Shown piece by piece: positions 28,452-37,803 of a DNA stretch of 64,000 nt. The translations under genes and the position numbers were made by a program. The stretch is from NCBI GenBank assembly GCA_028716265.1, contig JAQUQD010000002.1, positions 6,882 through 70,881 on the forward strand, given 5' to 3'. A model generated the notes under the pieces. That model searched no databases. It had not been told where the DNA came from and saw only the letters and a list, made by a program, of their open reading frames with translations. This DNA is from Bacteroidales bacterium. GTDB lineage: Bacteria > Bacteroidota > Bacteroidia > Bacteroidales > JAGONC01. Numbering within the stretch: position 1 is the stretch's first letter; each line of letters opens with the position of its first letter.

Positions 28452-28948
28452 CAGAAGATCCTCAGGAAAGGTACATACGTCCTTCATGGGATGAATATTT
28501 CATGGCAGTGGCCCATACGATCGGCCGAAGGGCTACGTGCGACCGGGGTCGGAGCGGATGCGTCATCGCACGTGACCGTCAGTTGCTGGTGACCGGTTAC
28601 GTTGGCTCACCGGTGGGTTTACCTCATTGCGATGATGTCGGTCATCTGATGAAAAAGATCATCCACGAGGACGGTACGATCAGCCAGCACTGTGTGCGGA
28701 CCGTTCATGCAGAGCAGAATGCCATCTGCCAGGCAGCCCGGCTGGGGATCTCCCTCCAGGGAGGCACCCTGTATTGCCGGATGACTCCCTGCCGCACATG
28801 CGCAATGCTCATCATCAACTGCGGCATCATCAGGGTGGTCTGCGAATACAAGTATCATCAGGCTGAAGAAAGTGAGGAGATGTTCAGAAAGGCCGGAATA
28901 GAGATCGTCTATGTCAGGGATGAACTACTCAAGTACAGGGACCAGTAA
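28448..28948 (+). CDS. deoxycytidylate (dCMP) deaminase
   Basis: 166 aa. Zinc motifs VHAEQNAI and PCRTCAMLI, and an N-terminal WDEYFM typical of ComEB-type dCMP deaminases. Confidence 0.85.
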   Translation: MTEDPQERYIRPSWDEYFMAVAHTIGRRATCDRGRSGCVIARDRQLLVTGYVGSPVGLPHCDDVGHLMKKIIHEDGTISQHCVRTVHAEQNAICQAARLGISLQGGTLYCRMTPCRTCAMLIINCGIIRVVCEYKYHQAEESEEMFRKAGIEIVYVRDELLKYRDQ

Positions 28949-29719
28949 TCCTTTGATGTCGATAAGACCGAATATCTGGGCTGAGGTCAGGAAAATGACC
29001 ACGATGATGACCCATTTCACGAAATTGGCTCCCTTCTTTACTGCCAGCCTCGATCCGAGCAATCCTCCCATGACGTTCCCAATGCCAAGGATCAAGCCAT
29101 AAGCGTAATCGATCTGGCCGTTAATGATAAAGATGGCCAGGGCAAAAGGCGTGAAGATAAAATTCACCAGCACCTTCAGCGCATTGGCTTTCACCAGTTC
29201 GTAACCCGCGCTGAGTACCAGGCCGGCCAGAAGGAAATACCCCACTCCCATCTGGATGAATCCGCCGTAGACCCCGATAAGAAAAAAGATCACGATCTGC
29301 AGCCAGCTCACCTTCCTGTCGATCAGCTCTTTCTTTTCGGTGATCCACCGTTCCGGTTTCCATAGGATGAATACCACCATGATAAGCATGATGACAGCGA
29401 TCGAATATTCGATCGCCTTTTCATTGATATCGACCGCAATCCATGCACCAAGGATGGACCCGGCCACGGCGGGGATGGCCAGCCAGCGTCCTTTCTTCCA
29501 GTCAAGCACTTTCTGCTGTGAAAAGCTTCCTACAGCCGCGATGTTTTGCATGAGTATACCGATACGGTTCGTCCCGTTGGCGATATTGGCAGGAAGGCCC
29601 AGGAGCATGAGCACGGAAAGGGAGATGATGGATCCGCCGCCTGCCAGCGTGTTGATGAATCCCACCATCGTACCGGCAATGATCAGGATGATACCCTCTG
29701 TTACTGTTACGGAGTCCAT
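28925..29719 (-). CDS. TauE/SafE-family sulfite/anion exporter
   Basis: 264 aa. Polytopic membrane protein with GFINTLAGGGS and an internal duplicated half. Its 3' end overlaps the convergent dCMP deaminase by 24 nt. Confidence 0.8.
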   Translation of the reverse strand: MDSVTVTEGIILIIAGTMVGFINTLAGGGSIISLSVLMLLGLPANIANGTNRIGILMQNIAAVGSFSQQKVLDWKKGRWLAIPAVAGSILGAWIAVDINEKAIEYSIAVIMLIMVVFILWKPERWITEKKELIDRKVSWLQIVIFFLIGVYGGFIQMGVGYFLLAGLVLSAGYELVKANALKVLVNFIFTPFALAIFIINGQIDYAYGLILGIGNVMGGLLGSRLAVKKGANFVKWVIIVVIFLTSAQIFGLIDIKGLLVPVLE

Positions 29720-29736
29720 CGGTCAGGTCTTTTGGA

Positions 29737-31644
29737 TTAACGGATCATTTCCTTAACGCACCGGATGATACCCGTCAGGTCGTATCCGCATTCGGCCTGC
29801 AGCTCTTCAATAGTCCCCTGGCTGATGAAATGGTCGGGAACCCCCAGGCGGCTGACCGAGGCCGTGTACAAATGATCGGCCATGAATTCGAGCACGGCAC
29901 TTCCCAACCCGCCAACGATCGTTCCATCTTCCACGGTGATGATCTTTTTGAATCGCTGGAATACCTCATGAAGCAGCTGCTCATCGAGCGGTTTGAGGAA
30001 CCTCATATCATAATGAGCAGGGAAGATGGATTCTTTATTCAGCTCACCAACGGCACGGACCACCGTATTCCCGATATGTCCTATGGAAAGGATGGCAAGC
30101 TCTGATCCCCCGCATATACGCTGTCCTTTTCCGATCTCCAGTTTTTCGAAGGAGGTTTTCCATTCCGGCATGACGCCACGGCCGCGCGGGTAACGGATGG
30201 CAAAGGGACCTGTACCCTCCAGCTGGGCAGTGTACATCATGTTACGGAGTTCCTTTTCATTAAGAGGTGAGGCAATGATCATATTGGGAACCGACCTTAG
30301 AAAAGACAGATCAAACGTGCCATGGTGGGTTGGTCCATCCTCCCCCACCAACCCGCCCCTGTCGATGCAGAAAACCACATGCAGCCTTTGCAGCGCCACA
30401 TCATGGATCAGCTGGTCATATCCGCGCTGCATGAACGTAGAATAGATATTGCAGAAAGGGATCATTCCCTCTGCCGCCAGCCCCGCAGAGAACGTGACGG
30501 CATGCTGCTCGGCAATCCCGACATCGAACGCCCGGTGTGGCATTTTCTGCATCATGATGTTCAACGAGCAGCCTGTTGGCATGGCAGGCGTGACCCCCAC
30601 GATGCGTGGATTGGCTTCAGCCAGCTCCAGGATGGTACGCCCGAAAACCGTCTGGTATTTGGGTGGTTTTTTGCCGGGACAGGGCTCTTCTGTCTCCACC
30701 AGTTCTCCGGTCTCTTTATCGAAGGTACCGGGTGCATGGTAAATGGTCTGCTCTTTTTCAGCCATATAAAAGCCCTTGCCCTTGACTGTGATCACATGCA
30801 ACAGTTTCGGGCCCTGGATGTTCTTCAGATCGCGGAGAAGCTTGGTAAGCTTGACCACATCATGACCATCAACCGGTCCGAAATACCTGAAGTTCAGTGC
30901 TTCGAAGAAGTTGGATCCCTTCAGGATGGTTGATTTGACGGCATTCCCGATCTGTTTGACGACGGCACGCGAATTCTTGCCGTATTTTGTACGGCCTCCC
31001 ATCAGGATCCAGACCTTGTCCTTGAATTTATTGTAAGCCCTTGAAGTGACGATCCTCAACAGGTACTGGCTGAGGGCGCCCACGCTCCGGTCAATGGCTA
31101 TCCCATTGTCATTCAGGATGACCAGCATGTTTGCCCCGGATACACCTGCATTGTTCAGGGCCTCCATGGCCATTCCCCCTGTCATGGCTCCGTCACCGAT
31201 AACTGCAATATGATGCCGGTGGTTGTTTTCGCGAAGGTTTGCAGCAACGGCCATTCCCAATGCGGCGGAGATCGAGGTGGAGGAATGCCCCACCCCAAAC
31301 GAGTCGTATTCGCTTTCTGACATCTTCGGAAAACCACTGATGCCTTTGAACTTCCTGTTCATGAAAAACAGATCCTTTCTGCCCGTCAGGATCTTGTGTG
31401 CGTAAGCCTGGTGCCCCACGTCCCAGATCAACCGGTCGTGCGGTGTGTCAAACACATAATGGATGGCAACGGCCAGCTCCACGGCACCCAGACTGGATCC
31501 GAGATGGCCCGGATTATTTGCCGTCTGCTCGATGATAAACCTCCTGATCTCAGCACAGAGCTGAGGAAGCTCTTCTTCCTTCAGGATTTTCAAATCTGAA
31601 GGGAAGTTGATGCGGGATAGGAGGCTGTCAGCGTTTAGAGGCAC
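29737..31644 (-). CDS. dxs: 1-deoxy-D-xylulose-5-phosphate synthase
   Basis: 635 aa. Motifs: PGHLGSSLGAVELAVAIHYVF, DVGHQAYAHKILTGR, IGDGAMTGGMAMEALN, DRGGLVGEDGPTHHG. The start is GTG at 31642-31644. Confidence 0.95.
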   Translation of the reverse strand: MPLNADSLLSRINFPSDLKILKEEELPQLCAEIRRFIIEQTANNPGHLGSSLGAVELAVAIHYVFDTPHDRLIWDVGHQAYAHKILTGRKDLFFMNRKFKGISGFPKMSESEYDSFGVGHSSTSISAALGMAVAANLRENNHRHHIAVIGDGAMTGGMAMEALNNAGVSGANMLVILNDNGIAIDRSVGALSQYLLRIVTSRAYNKFKDKVWILMGGRTKYGKNSRAVVKQIGNAVKSTILKGSNFFEALNFRYFGPVDGHDVVKLTKLLRDLKNIQGPKLLHVITVKGKGFYMAEKEQTIYHAPGTFDKETGELVETEEPCPGKKPPKYQTVFGRTILELAEANPRIVGVTPAMPTGCSLNIMMQKMPHRAFDVGIAEQHAVTFSAGLAAEGMIPFCNIYSTFMQRGYDQLIHDVALQRLHVVFCIDRGGLVGEDGPTHHGTFDLSFLRSVPNMIIASPLNEKELRNMMYTAQLEGTGPFAIRYPRGRGVMPEWKTSFEKLEIGKGQRICGGSELAILSIGHIGNTVVRAVGELNKESIFPAHYDMRFLKPLDEQLLHEVFQRFKKIITVEDGTIVGGLGSAVLEFMADHLYTASVSRLGVPDHFISQGTIEELQAECGYDLTGIIRCVKEMIR

Positions 31645-31660
31645 GGGAAGGGATGGGATT

Positions 31661-31820
31661 GTTTGTGGTTATTTGTTGTTATTGGTTGTTATTTGTTGTT
31701 ATTGGTTGTTATTGGTTGTTATTGGTTGTTATTGGTTGTTATTGGTTGTTATTGGTTGTCATTCGTTGTCATTCGTTGTCATTCGTTGTCATTCGTTGTC
31801 ATTGGTTGTCATTGGTAGTG
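31661..31820 (+). repeat. tandem array of about 16 units of a 10-nt word (ATTGGTTGTT / ATTTGTTGTT / ATTCGTTGTC)
   Basis: The units sit in perfect 10-nt register from 31671 to 31820, preceded by one degenerate unit. The run is ATTTGTTGTT, ATTGGTTGTT, ATTTGTTGTT, then 5 x ATTGGTTGTT, then ATTGGTTGTC, 4 x ATTCGTTGTC, ATTGGTTGTC and ATTGGTAGTG. It begins 16 nt upstream of the dxs start. Confidence 0.95.
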
Positions 31821-31830
31821 AAGAATTACT

Positions 31831-31880
31831 ATAAATGACCATAAATGACTACAAATAACCATGTAGGACCATAAATGCCC
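31831..31880 (+). repeat. second 10-nt array (ATAAATGACC-type, 5 units), a degenerate inverted copy of the first array
   Basis: Units are ataaatgacc ataaatgact acaaataacc atgtaggacc ataaatgccc. acaaataacc (31851-31860) is the exact complement of ggttatttgt (31667-31676). AATGAC complements the GTCATT core of the left array. Confidence 0.8.
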
Positions 31881-31896
31881 ATGACCACCTCTTGCC

Positions 31897-32217
31897 TCAC
31901 ATAAATCCCAGCTCCAGCATCCCTTCCTGGGAGATCATGTCCTGTGACCATGGAGGATCAAAGAGAATTTGGACCTCCACATCCGCAACACCTTCCAGAA
32001 GCCGCACCTTATCCCTGACCTCAACGGGCAGGGATTCAGCGACCGGGCAACTGGGAGCGGTCAGAGTCATTTTTATGGTCACATGGTCCGATTCGCCGAT
32101 CACAATATCATAGACCAGTCCCAGATCATAGATGTTCACCGGTATCTCTGGATCATAGATCCCTTTCAGTACCTGGATGATCCGCTGTTCAAGCATTATT
32201 TTATCCGTGCTGCTCAT
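31897..32217 (-). CDS. SUF-associated Fe-S assembly protein (DUF59/MIP18, SufT-like)
   Basis: ORF 31897-32265 trimmed to MSSTDKIMLEQ. Motifs: IYDPEIPVNIYDLGLVYDI and MTLTAPSCPVAESL. It overlaps the sufE stop by 17 nt. Confidence 0.8.
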   Translation of the reverse strand: MSSTDKIMLEQRIIQVLKGIYDPEIPVNIYDLGLVYDIVIGESDHVTIKMTLTAPSCPVAESLPVEVRDKVRLLEGVADVEVQILFDPPWSQDMISQEGMLELGFM

Positions 32218-32656
32218 GGGAAGGATCATTCCGTTGTTTGTTCTTGGTCTGATAGGCAAGGGCATACAGCTTGATCTGTTTGATCATGGAGACCAGTCCG
32301 TTGGCGCGTGTCGGGCTCAGGTGTTCCTTCAGTCCTATTTCATCCACAAAACCTAAAGGGGCCTGGATGATGTCTTCCGTCGACTGCCCGTTCAGAACCC
32401 GTATCAGCAGGCTGATGATCCCTTTGGTGATTACCGCATCGCTGTCGGCTGTGAAATACAGTTTATTATCCTCATGGTGTGCATACAACCATACGCGCGA
32501 CTGGCAGCCAGAGATCAGATAGCTGTCGGTCTTGTATTTTGGGTCGATCATGGGTAAGGTCCTTCCCATTTCGATCAGGTAATTATAACGGTCGAGCCAG
32601 TCCTCAAACTGTTCGAATTCGCTAACAATCTGATTTTCAATTTCCTGTATCGACAT
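32201..32656 (-). CDS. sufE: SufE-family cysteine desulfuration (sulfur acceptor) protein
   Basis: 151 aa. Motifs: DWLDRYNYLIEMG, and the SGCQSRVWL active-site Cys loop. Confidence 0.85.
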   Translation of the reverse strand: MSIQEIENQIVSEFEQFEDWLDRYNYLIEMGRTLPMIDPKYKTDSYLISGCQSRVWLYAHHEDNKLYFTADSDAVITKGIISLLIRVLNGQSTEDIIQAPLGFVDEIGLKEHLSPTRANGLVSMIKQIKLYALAYQTKNKQRNDPSHEQHG

Positions 32657-32696
32657 CGTTTTGGATCATTATTCTTTATTTAGATCAATGTATCCC

Positions 32697-33914
32697 TCAG
32701 CGGAACATTTCTATTACCCTGTTCAATGCATCGGTGAACGCATTCAACTCCTCTCTGGTATTATACAATCCCAGGGATATCCGGACTGTGCCCGGAATAC
32801 CGTAGATATCCATGACGGGCTGGGCGCAATGATGTCCCGTCCTCACGGCAAATCCCATTTTATCCAGCACAGTGCCTGCATCATAGGGGTGGATGCCTTC
32901 GATCAGGAAGGAAATGACACCAGCCCGATGGGGGCTGTCGCCCACCAGCCGTACCTGAGGAATCGCCCTTAGCCGGTCAAGGGCATGTTTCATAAGCTCC
33001 TCCTCATAGGCAGCGATCCGGTTCATTCCGATCGTGTTGAGGTAAAGGAGCGTGGCCCTGAAGCCAAGGATGTCCGCAACATTGGGCGTGCCTGCTTCAA
33101 ATTTGAAAGGAAGGTCGCCAAAGGTCGACTTTTCAAAAGTGACATTACGGATCATCTCTCCCCCGCTCTGGTAGGGTGGCAACTTATTGAGCCACTCTTC
33201 CTTGCCGTAGAGGATCCCCACTCCCATGGGGCCATACATCTTGTGGGCCGAAAAGCAGTAGAACTCGCAATCCAGTTCCATCACATCCACCTTCATATGG
33301 GGTACAGCCTGGGCTCCGTCAACCAGCACAGGGATACCCCGCCCGTGAGCCAGGGCGATCACATCCTTCACGGGATTGATGGTTCCCAGTGCATTGGAGA
33401 CATGGGTGACCGCTACCAGCCGGGTGTTGTCGTTCAGCAGTTCCCTGTAAGCATCCATCATTAATTCACCGTTGGGATGAAAAGGGATGATGCGCAGATT
33501 GGCGCCCCTCTCGGCACACATCAACTGCCAGGGGACAATGTTCGCATGGTGCTCCATGGCACTGATCACGATCTCGTCCCCCTCCCTGACGAACTGCCGG
33601 CCAAAACTGCCGGCTACAAGATTGATCGATTCGGTCGCCCCTTTGGTGAAAATGATCTCGTGCTGGTGCCTGGCATGTATGAATTCGCGGACCAGCTGCC
33701 GGGATTCCTCAAACGCAAGGGTGGCCTGCTGACCCAGGTAATGGACGCTGCGGTGAATATTGCTGTTGACTGTCAGGTAATAATCCCGGACAGCATTGAT
33801 AACAACCTCGGGTTTCTGCGTCGTGGCTGCATTGTCAAGATAAACCAGCGGATTATTGTAGACCTGCTGGTGCAATATAGGAAAATCGGCTCTTATTTTT
33901 TCGACGTCAACCAT
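32697..33914 (-). CDS. sufS: cysteine desulfurase, SufS subfamily
   Basis: 405 aa. Motifs: VYLDNAATTQKP, SNALGTINPV, FSAHKMYGPMGVGILYG (PLP lysine), RTGHHCAQP (active-site Cys). Confidence 0.9.
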   Translation of the reverse strand: MVDVEKIRADFPILHQQVYNNPLVYLDNAATTQKPEVVINAVRDYYLTVNSNIHRSVHYLGQQATLAFEESRQLVREFIHARHQHEIIFTKGATESINLVAGSFGRQFVREGDEIVISAMEHHANIVPWQLMCAERGANLRIIPFHPNGELMMDAYRELLNDNTRLVAVTHVSNALGTINPVKDVIALAHGRGIPVLVDGAQAVPHMKVDVMELDCEFYCFSAHKMYGPMGVGILYGKEEWLNKLPPYQSGGEMIRNVTFEKSTFGDLPFKFEAGTPNVADILGFRATLLYLNTIGMNRIAAYEEELMKHALDRLRAIPQVRLVGDSPHRAGVISFLIEGIHPYDAGTVLDKMGFAVRTGHHCAQPVMDIYGIPGTVRISLGLYNTREELNAFTDALNRVIEMFR

Positions 33915-33941
33915 CTATGCAGTCTGACTGTGGATCCCGCA

Positions 33942-35354
33942 TTAAATCTTACTCATATCGATATCAAAGGAAACGGTGTTTTCCTTTGCACTGCAATTCA
34001 GAACACACTGGTCGCAGATGGAAAGTTCACCGCGGAGGCGTTTCTTAACAAGATCATCCATCCTTAAACGAAGAGGCTCGATGGTAATTTTGTTAATCAC
34101 TTCCGCAGCAAACGCATACATTAATAATAACCGGGCATTGTCGTACGATATACCTCTTGACCGGATATAGAACAGAGCTTCCTCGTCGAGCTGACCTACC
34201 GTGGCGCCATGGCTGCATTTGACGTCATCGGCATAGATCTCCAGAAAAGGTTTTGTATTGACGGTCGCCTTATCGGTCAGCAAAATATTTTTATTGCTCT
34301 GGTAGGCAATGGTTTTCTGTGCGTTGCGGTGAACATGGATATACCCGTTAAAGACCGCTCTGGCACGATCGTCAGCAATACCCTTAAAAAGCTGGTTGCT
34401 CACGCTGTTTGGCTGGAAATGGTTGACCTGTACCTGGTTGTCAACATGCTGGTCCTTGTCGACCAGGTAAAGGCCAAAGATATCCGCCATACAATTTTCC
34501 CCGTCTATATCCACGTAAATGTCATTGCGGATAAGACCTCCGTTGAGGACGGTCCCATGGGTGGACAGGCGGCTGTTCGATGCCTGATGGAACAGGGTAG
34601 TATTGATTACAGTTGATTTATCGTTGATATTCTGCAACTTGTAATGGTCAATCACGGCCCCCTCACCCAGAAAGACTTCGGTAATAGTATTGGTGAAGCT
34701 TGGCTGGTGGTTGAGGGAGTCGTCGCAGTGTACCAGCGTAAGCCGGCTGTTCTTTCCAACGACGAGCAGGTTGCGGTTCTGAAGGAACAGGTTCCGCGTG
34801 TAGTCGACCATGCTGACGAGTTGAATGGTCTGACCGGCGTTGACATTGTCAGGAACATAGATAAAGATCCCATCCTGTGCCAGGGCGTTGTTCAAGGCTT
34901 CCAGCCCGTTGCGGGATGTCTTCTCGATACGGTCGAAGCTTTCCTCCACAAGGTGAGGATATTGTTTCGCTGCCATAGCCATGCTGCCGATCACGATCCC
35001 GTCAGGTCGTGTTATCCATGCACCGTTTTCAGATAGATACCAGCCGTTGTACAGGGAAACCAGGAATGTGTTGAAATGGGGAATATTACAACGCAAGATA
35101 CCGGATACGTCCATTTTGGACGCAGGTGCTTCCACGTCCAGGTCATAATCAACCGAGAGCGCCCGTTTCAGGTCCGTGTTGCGCCACCGTTCCATATGAT
35201 CTCCCGGGAAGCCCATTTCAAGAAAACGATGAAAAGATCTCTCTCGTGCCTGTGAGATGAAAGGGGTATCATTCCGGCAGATGATATCCCGGTGCACCCG
35301 GAACTGTTCAGCCAGTTGTTCTTTCAGTGTCAGTGCTTTCAGGATCGGTTCCAT
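33942..35354 (-). CDS. sufD: Fe-S cluster assembly protein SufD
   Basis: ORF 33942-35426 trimmed to MEPILKALTLKEQ so that it no longer overlaps sufC. The C-terminal beta-helix region carries FLEIYADDVKCSHGATVGQLDEEALFYIRSRGI. Confidence 0.85.
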   Translation of the reverse strand: MEPILKALTLKEQLAEQFRVHRDIICRNDTPFISQARERSFHRFLEMGFPGDHMERWRNTDLKRALSVDYDLDVEAPASKMDVSGILRCNIPHFNTFLVSLYNGWYLSENGAWITRPDGIVIGSMAMAAKQYPHLVEESFDRIEKTSRNGLEALNNALAQDGIFIYVPDNVNAGQTIQLVSMVDYTRNLFLQNRNLLVVGKNSRLTLVHCDDSLNHQPSFTNTITEVFLGEGAVIDHYKLQNINDKSTVINTTLFHQASNSRLSTHGTVLNGGLIRNDIYVDIDGENCMADIFGLYLVDKDQHVDNQVQVNHFQPNSVSNQLFKGIADDRARAVFNGYIHVHRNAQKTIAYQSNKNILLTDKATVNTKPFLEIYADDVKCSHGATVGQLDEEALFYIRSRGISYDNARLLLMYAFAAEVINKITIEPLRLRMDDLVKKRLRGELSICDQCVLNCSAKENTVSFDIDMSKI

Positions 35355-35367
35355 GGAGGGAGCATCA

Positions 35368-36126
35368 TTAATTTTTAAGCCACGCATAACCTTTTTCTTC
35401 CAGCTCAAGGGCCAGTTCCTTGCCACCGGATTTCACAATTCTGCCTTTATACAAAACATGCACAAAATCGGGGACGATGTATTCAAGCAACCGTTGGTAG
35501 TGGGTAATGACAATGATGGCATTCTCTTTTGACCGCATTCTGTTCACACCGTTGGCTACCACCTTCAGTGCGTCGATGTCCAGACCCGAGTCGGTTTCAT
35601 CCAGGATGGCAAGGGTTGGTTCCAGCATGGCCATCTGGAAGATCTCATTTTTCTTCTTTTCTCCTCCCGAAAATCCTTCGTTCACCGACCGGTTGGTAAG
35701 TTTGGAGTCGATCCCCACGAGTTTTTTGTTCTCATCCATCTTTGCCAGGAACTCCGGTGCAGCTATTGGGCTCAGGCCACGGTATTTCCGCTGTTCATTG
35801 ATGGCCGTCCGGATGAAATTCGTCATACTGACGCCAGGAATCTCGACAGGGTACTGGAAACCCAGGAAGAGACCTTCCGAGGCCCTTTCTTCCGGAGAGA
35901 GCGCGAGCAGGTCGCGTCCCCTGTAGGTGATCGAGCCTCCGGTGACGGTATAGGCGTCGTTGCCTGCGATCGCCCAGGCGAGCGTACTTTTACCCGTACC
36001 ATTGGGCCCCATGATGGCATGCACCTCACCGGCTTTCACCTCCAGGTTGAGCCCGCTGATGATCTCCTTGTCCTGGATCGATACGTTCAAATCGTTTATG
36101 ATCAACATACTGATAGTATTATTCAT
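35368..36126 (-). CDS. sufC: Fe-S cluster assembly ATPase SufC
   Basis: ORF 35368-36285 trimmed to the Met at 36126 (or 36108). MLIINDLNVSIQDKEIISGLNLEVKAGEVHAIMGPNGTGKSTLA is nearly colinear with E. coli SufC. Signature FSGGEKKK; Walker B ILDETDSGLD. Confidence 0.9.
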   Translation of the reverse strand: MNNTISMLIINDLNVSIQDKEIISGLNLEVKAGEVHAIMGPNGTGKSTLAWAIAGNDAYTVTGGSITYRGRDLLALSPEERASEGLFLGFQYPVEIPGVSMTNFIRTAINEQRKYRGLSPIAAPEFLAKMDENKKLVGIDSKLTNRSVNEGFSGGEKKKNEIFQMAMLEPTLAILDETDSGLDIDALKVVANGVNRMRSKENAIIVITHYQRLLEYIVPDFVHVLYKGRIVKSGGKELALELEEKGYAWLKN

Positions 36127-36137
36127 TTGATGAGCGA

Positions 36138-37586
36138 TCAGCCCACACTTCCTTCCAGACTGATGGAAAGGAATTTCTGGGCCTCCACTGCAAATTCCAT
36201 GGGAAGATGCCTGAGCACCTCCTTTGCATAACCATTGACAATCAGTCCGATGGCATTTTCGATGCTGATCCCCCGCTGCCGGCAATAGAACAGCTGATCA
36301 TCGGATATTTTTGACGTTGTGGCTTCATGTTCAACGATCGCGGATTTATTTTCCACGTTGATGTACGGGAACGTATGTGCACCGCATTGGTCACCCAGCA
36401 GTAGGGAGTCACACTGGGAATAATTCCGTGCATTCTGTGCCCGCTTGATGATCTTCACCAGCCCCCTGTAACTGTTGTTGCTTTTACCGGCGGAGATCCC
36501 CTTGGATACGATCGTGCTCCTGGTATTGGAACCGATATGGATCATCTTGGTCCCTGTGTCGGCCTGCTGATGATGGTTGGTGACGGCAACCGAATAAAAT
36601 TCGCCCGTGGAATGATCCCCCATCAGAATGACGCTCGGGTATTTCCAGGTGATGGCAGAGCCGGTCTCCACCTGTGTCCATGAAATCCTGGAATGGCTGC
36701 CCCTGCACATCCCCCGTTTGGTGACGAAATTATAGATCCCTCCTCTCCCCTCCTTGTCACCGGGGTACCAGTTTTGTACCGTCGAATATTTCACCGCCGC
36801 ATCCTTCATGGCGATGATTTCCACCACCGCCGCATGAAGCTGGTTCTCATCGCGCATAGGTGCTGTGCAGCCTTCCATGTAACTGACATAGCTCCCTTCG
36901 TCCGCGATGATGAGGGTGCGCTCAAACTGGCCTGTTTTGGCCGCATTGATGCGGAAATAGGTCGACAGCTCAATGGGGCACCTGACTCCCTTGGGTATGT
37001 AGCAAAACGATCCGTCGCTGAAAACGGCCGTATTTAAGGCGGCAAAAAAATTGTCGTTGGGAGGGACCACCGAACCTATGTACTGCCTGACAAGGTCCGG
37101 GTGCCGTTGAACGGCTTCGCTGAAAGAACAGAAGATGATCCCCAGTTTCTCGAGGATTTCGGAAAACGTCGTTTTAACTGAAACGCTGTCAAACACGGCA
37201 TCCACCGCCACACCTGTCAGCCTTTTCTGCTCCTCCAGTGAAATACCCAGCTTCTCAAAGGTCTTTAACAGCTCGGGATCCACCTCTTCCAGGCTCTGAA
37301 GCTCCTGTTTCTTCTTTGGGGCAGCATAATAATAGATATCCTGGTAGTCGACAGGCTGGTAGCTGAGATGGGCCCAGCGAGGTTCCGACATCCTCAGCCA
37401 ATCATGGTAAGCCTTCAGTCGCATCTCCAGCAGAAATTCCGGCTCCTTCTTCCTAGCAGAAATGAAACGGATGACATCTTCATTCAAACCCTTAGGGGCC
37501 GTTTCCATTTCAATATCGGTAACAAACCCGTATTTGTACTCACTCTGGGTTATATGGTCAAGCAGGTTGTTCTGATCGTTTTCCAT
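36138..37586 (-). CDS. sufB: Fe-S cluster assembly scaffold SufB
   Basis: 482 aa. Motifs: [67 protein letters not shown]. Confidence 0.95.
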   Translation of the reverse strand: MENDQNNLLDHITQSEYKYGFVTDIEMETAPKGLNEDVIRFISARKKEPEFLLEMRLKAYHDWLRMSEPRWAHLSYQPVDYQDIYYYAAPKKKQELQSLEEVDPELLKTFEKLGISLEEQKRLTGVAVDAVFDSVSVKTTFSEILEKLGIIFCSFSEAVQRHPDLVRQYIGSVVPPNDNFFAALNTAVFSDGSFCYIPKGVRCPIELSTYFRINAAKTGQFERTLIIADEGSYVSYMEGCTAPMRDENQLHAAVVEIIAMKDAAVKYSTVQNWYPGDKEGRGGIYNFVTKRGMCRGSHSRISWTQVETGSAITWKYPSVILMGDHSTGEFYSVAVTNHHQQADTGTKMIHIGSNTRSTIVSKGISAGKSNNSYRGLVKIIKRAQNARNYSQCDSLLLGDQCGAHTFPYINVENKSAIVEHEATTSKISDDQLFYCRQRGISIENAIGLIVNGYAKEVLRHLPMEFAVEAQKFLSISLEGSVG

Positions 37587-37652
37587 TCCTAATATAACTG
37601 TAATTCACTGCTCTGAATCCCCGGACTCACCAACCAAATTTCTTTTGACCGG

Positions 37653-37660
37653 CAAAGTTA
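37653..37660 (-). promoter_or_regulatory. putative -7 box (TAACTTTG on minus strand) for the suf operon
   Basis: Plus strand caaagtta, 66 nt upstream of the sufB ATG at 37586. Confidence 0.4.
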
Positions 37661-37769
37661 CGAAAATTTGCACTGCGTCATGTTAAAGCTTCATTATTAA
37701 ACAATGCAGATCAGTAAATGTTTATATAAACCAGGTGGTCTGATAAGGAACACCCATTCGTATATCCGC

Positions 37770-37777
37770 TATCTTTG
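37770..37777 (+). promoter_or_regulatory. putative -7 box (TATCTTTG) for thiL-uvrC
   Basis: Exact TAnnTTTG match, 26 nt upstream of ATG 37804. Confidence 0.45.
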
Positions 37778-37803
37778 TACCCATCAATCATGTGGCAACC
37801 ACC

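Noticed and set aside
31607-31838. Two overlapping ORFs (75 and 61 aa) reading LLLVVIGCYWLLLVVIGCYW through the 10-nt array.
   Set aside because: The peptide periodicity simply mirrors the DNA repeat, because 10 nt cycles through all three frames. No start context or recognisable protein features are present. These are translation artefacts of the tandem array.
31661-31880. Possibility that the tandem arrays are CRISPR arrays (also 55805-55876 and 60192-60268).
   Set aside because: The units are 7-10 nt and directly abutting, with no unique spacers. No cas genes are present in the window. The repeat length is far below the CRISPR range.
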